Below are positions 50,071 through 51,081 of a stretch of DNA of 51,081 nucleotides, piece by piece. The stretch comes from an uncultured Bacteroides sp. (GTDB taxonomy: Bacteria > Bacteroidota > Bacteroidia > Bacteroidales > Bacteroidaceae), in the NCBI GenBank assembly GCA_964522975.1, contig CAZFXK010000004.1, forward strand, positions 6,258-57,338, given 5' to 3'. The notes beneath the pieces were generated by a model. It did not search any database. It saw nothing but the letters and a program-made list of their open reading frames with translations, and was not told the DNA's origin. Both the position numbers and the translations under genes were made by a program. Every line of letters starts with the position of its first letter. The stretch's first letter is position 1.

Positions 50071-51081
50071 TCACTTTTGAGTTTCAATAAAAATGATACT
50101 TTCTTTTAGATCTTCAGATTGAGCAGAAAGAATAATAGTACCTTCATTTTCATTTGATTGTAAAATAACAACAGCCTTTCCCCCAAAAAGTTTCCTTTCC
50201 GGTTTCTTTAATGATAAAGAATCATTTGGATTACCATTGTCTGTACCCACTATGCTTCCTGTTCCTTCGACTGAAAAACGAATATTATTTTCGGCTATAG
50301 GAACCGGTAAACCCTTATCATCTAAGACTTCAACCATAACATATGAAAGATCTTTTCCATCAGCTTTTATTTTTTTTCTATCAGCTGATAAACGAATAGA
50401 AACTGGTTCGCCTGCTGTTTTAATTTCCTTCTCTAGTATCTTCCGATTATCCCTGTAAGATACAGCTTTTATGGTCCCTTTTTCATAAGGTATTCTCCAC
50501 ATAACATGATATGTTCCATCAACCTTAGACTTACGCCCATGCGACTTCCCATTAACAAAAAGTTCAACTTCGTCTGCATTGTTATAATATGCCCACACAT
50601 CTACTATCTGACCATCATCCCAGTTCCAATGAGGAAATAAATGCAAAACATCCTTATTTGTCCATTCGCTTTGATACATATAGTAAACATCCTTAGGTAT
50701 TCCTGCCAAATCTATTATACCAAAAAAAGAGCTACGTGATGGCCACCAAAAAGGAGTTGGTTCTCCCAAATAATCAAAACCTGTCCAAATGTATAGACCT
50801 GATATATGATCATATTTTTTTGTTAAATCCCATGTTAACTCGTGAGTTGAGCCCCAAGGCACATGATTATTGTCATACGAAGAACAATGGTGTATAGAAC
50901 GATCAAAAGGTATATCCCAACGTAAAGGCCATTTATATATACTATCAGAAGGCATCAAATAAAATCCTCGAGACATTAATGCAGAGGTTGTTTCTGTTAG
51001 AATAAGTTTTTGATTAGGAAATTTATCATGAAAATTAGCATAATTATATTCATGATAATTAAATCCGATGATATCCATTGC
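50071..51081 (-). CDS. GH2 beta-galactosidase-like glycosidase, C-terminal part (5' end outside window)
   Basis: 'DIIGFNY', 'TETTS', 'WTGFDYLGEPTP', 'FGIIDLAG.PKD.YY', 'HLFPHWNW', C-terminal Ig-like 'ADGKDLSY...DNGNP'. Confidence 0.9.
   Translation of the reverse strand, partial: AMDIIGFNYHEYNYANFHDKFPNQKLILTETTSALMSRGFYLMPSDSIYKWPLRWDIPFDRSIHHCSSYDNNHVPWGSTHELTWDLTKKYDHISGLYIWTGFDYLGEPTPFWWPSRSSFFGIIDLAGIPKDVYYMYQSEWTNKDVLHLFPHWNWDDGQIVDVWAYYNNADEVELFVNGKSHGRKSKVDGTYHVMWRIPYEKGTIKAVSYRDNRKILEKEIKTAGEPVSIRLSADRKKIKADGKDLSYVMVEVLDDKGLPVPIAENNIRFSVEGTGSIVGTDNGNPNDSLSLKKPERKLFGGKAVVILQSNENEGTIILSAQSEDLKESIIFIETQK

Overview
AT-rich chromosomal window from a Bacteroides-like (Bacteroidales) bacterium, judged from gene content and TAnnTTTG promoters. 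Most of it is core genome: an agmatine-deiminase polyamine operon, aspS, serine palmitoyltransferase with a divergent lipid kinase, mdh, MATE and K+/H+ antiporters, an AddAB-like helicase-nuclease, hsp20, pirin, ftsK-lolA-trxB, rlmI, a nucleoside permease, rsmE and an ABC cassette. It also carries glycoside hydrolases (two GH43, one GH84, a partial GH2) and an orphan DNA methyltransferase. No rRNA, tRNA or CRISPR array was seen. The most interesting signals are intergenic. (1) Three dispersed 77-bp arrays (6335, 20050, 40992) each have exactly four 11-bp pseudo-palindromic cores (GGTC-N3-GACC-like) on a strict 22-bp lattice, and core orientation differs between loci (FFFF, RFFR, RFRR). (2) Three paralogous ~70-nt promoter-to-terminator sRNA genes (24818, 26670, 43702) have a conserved core that is antisense to a Bacteroides translation-start sequence (FopS-like). 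(3) A 327-bp internally deleted IS5-family element lies at 38873-39199. (4) A sigma54-type promoter precedes hsp20.
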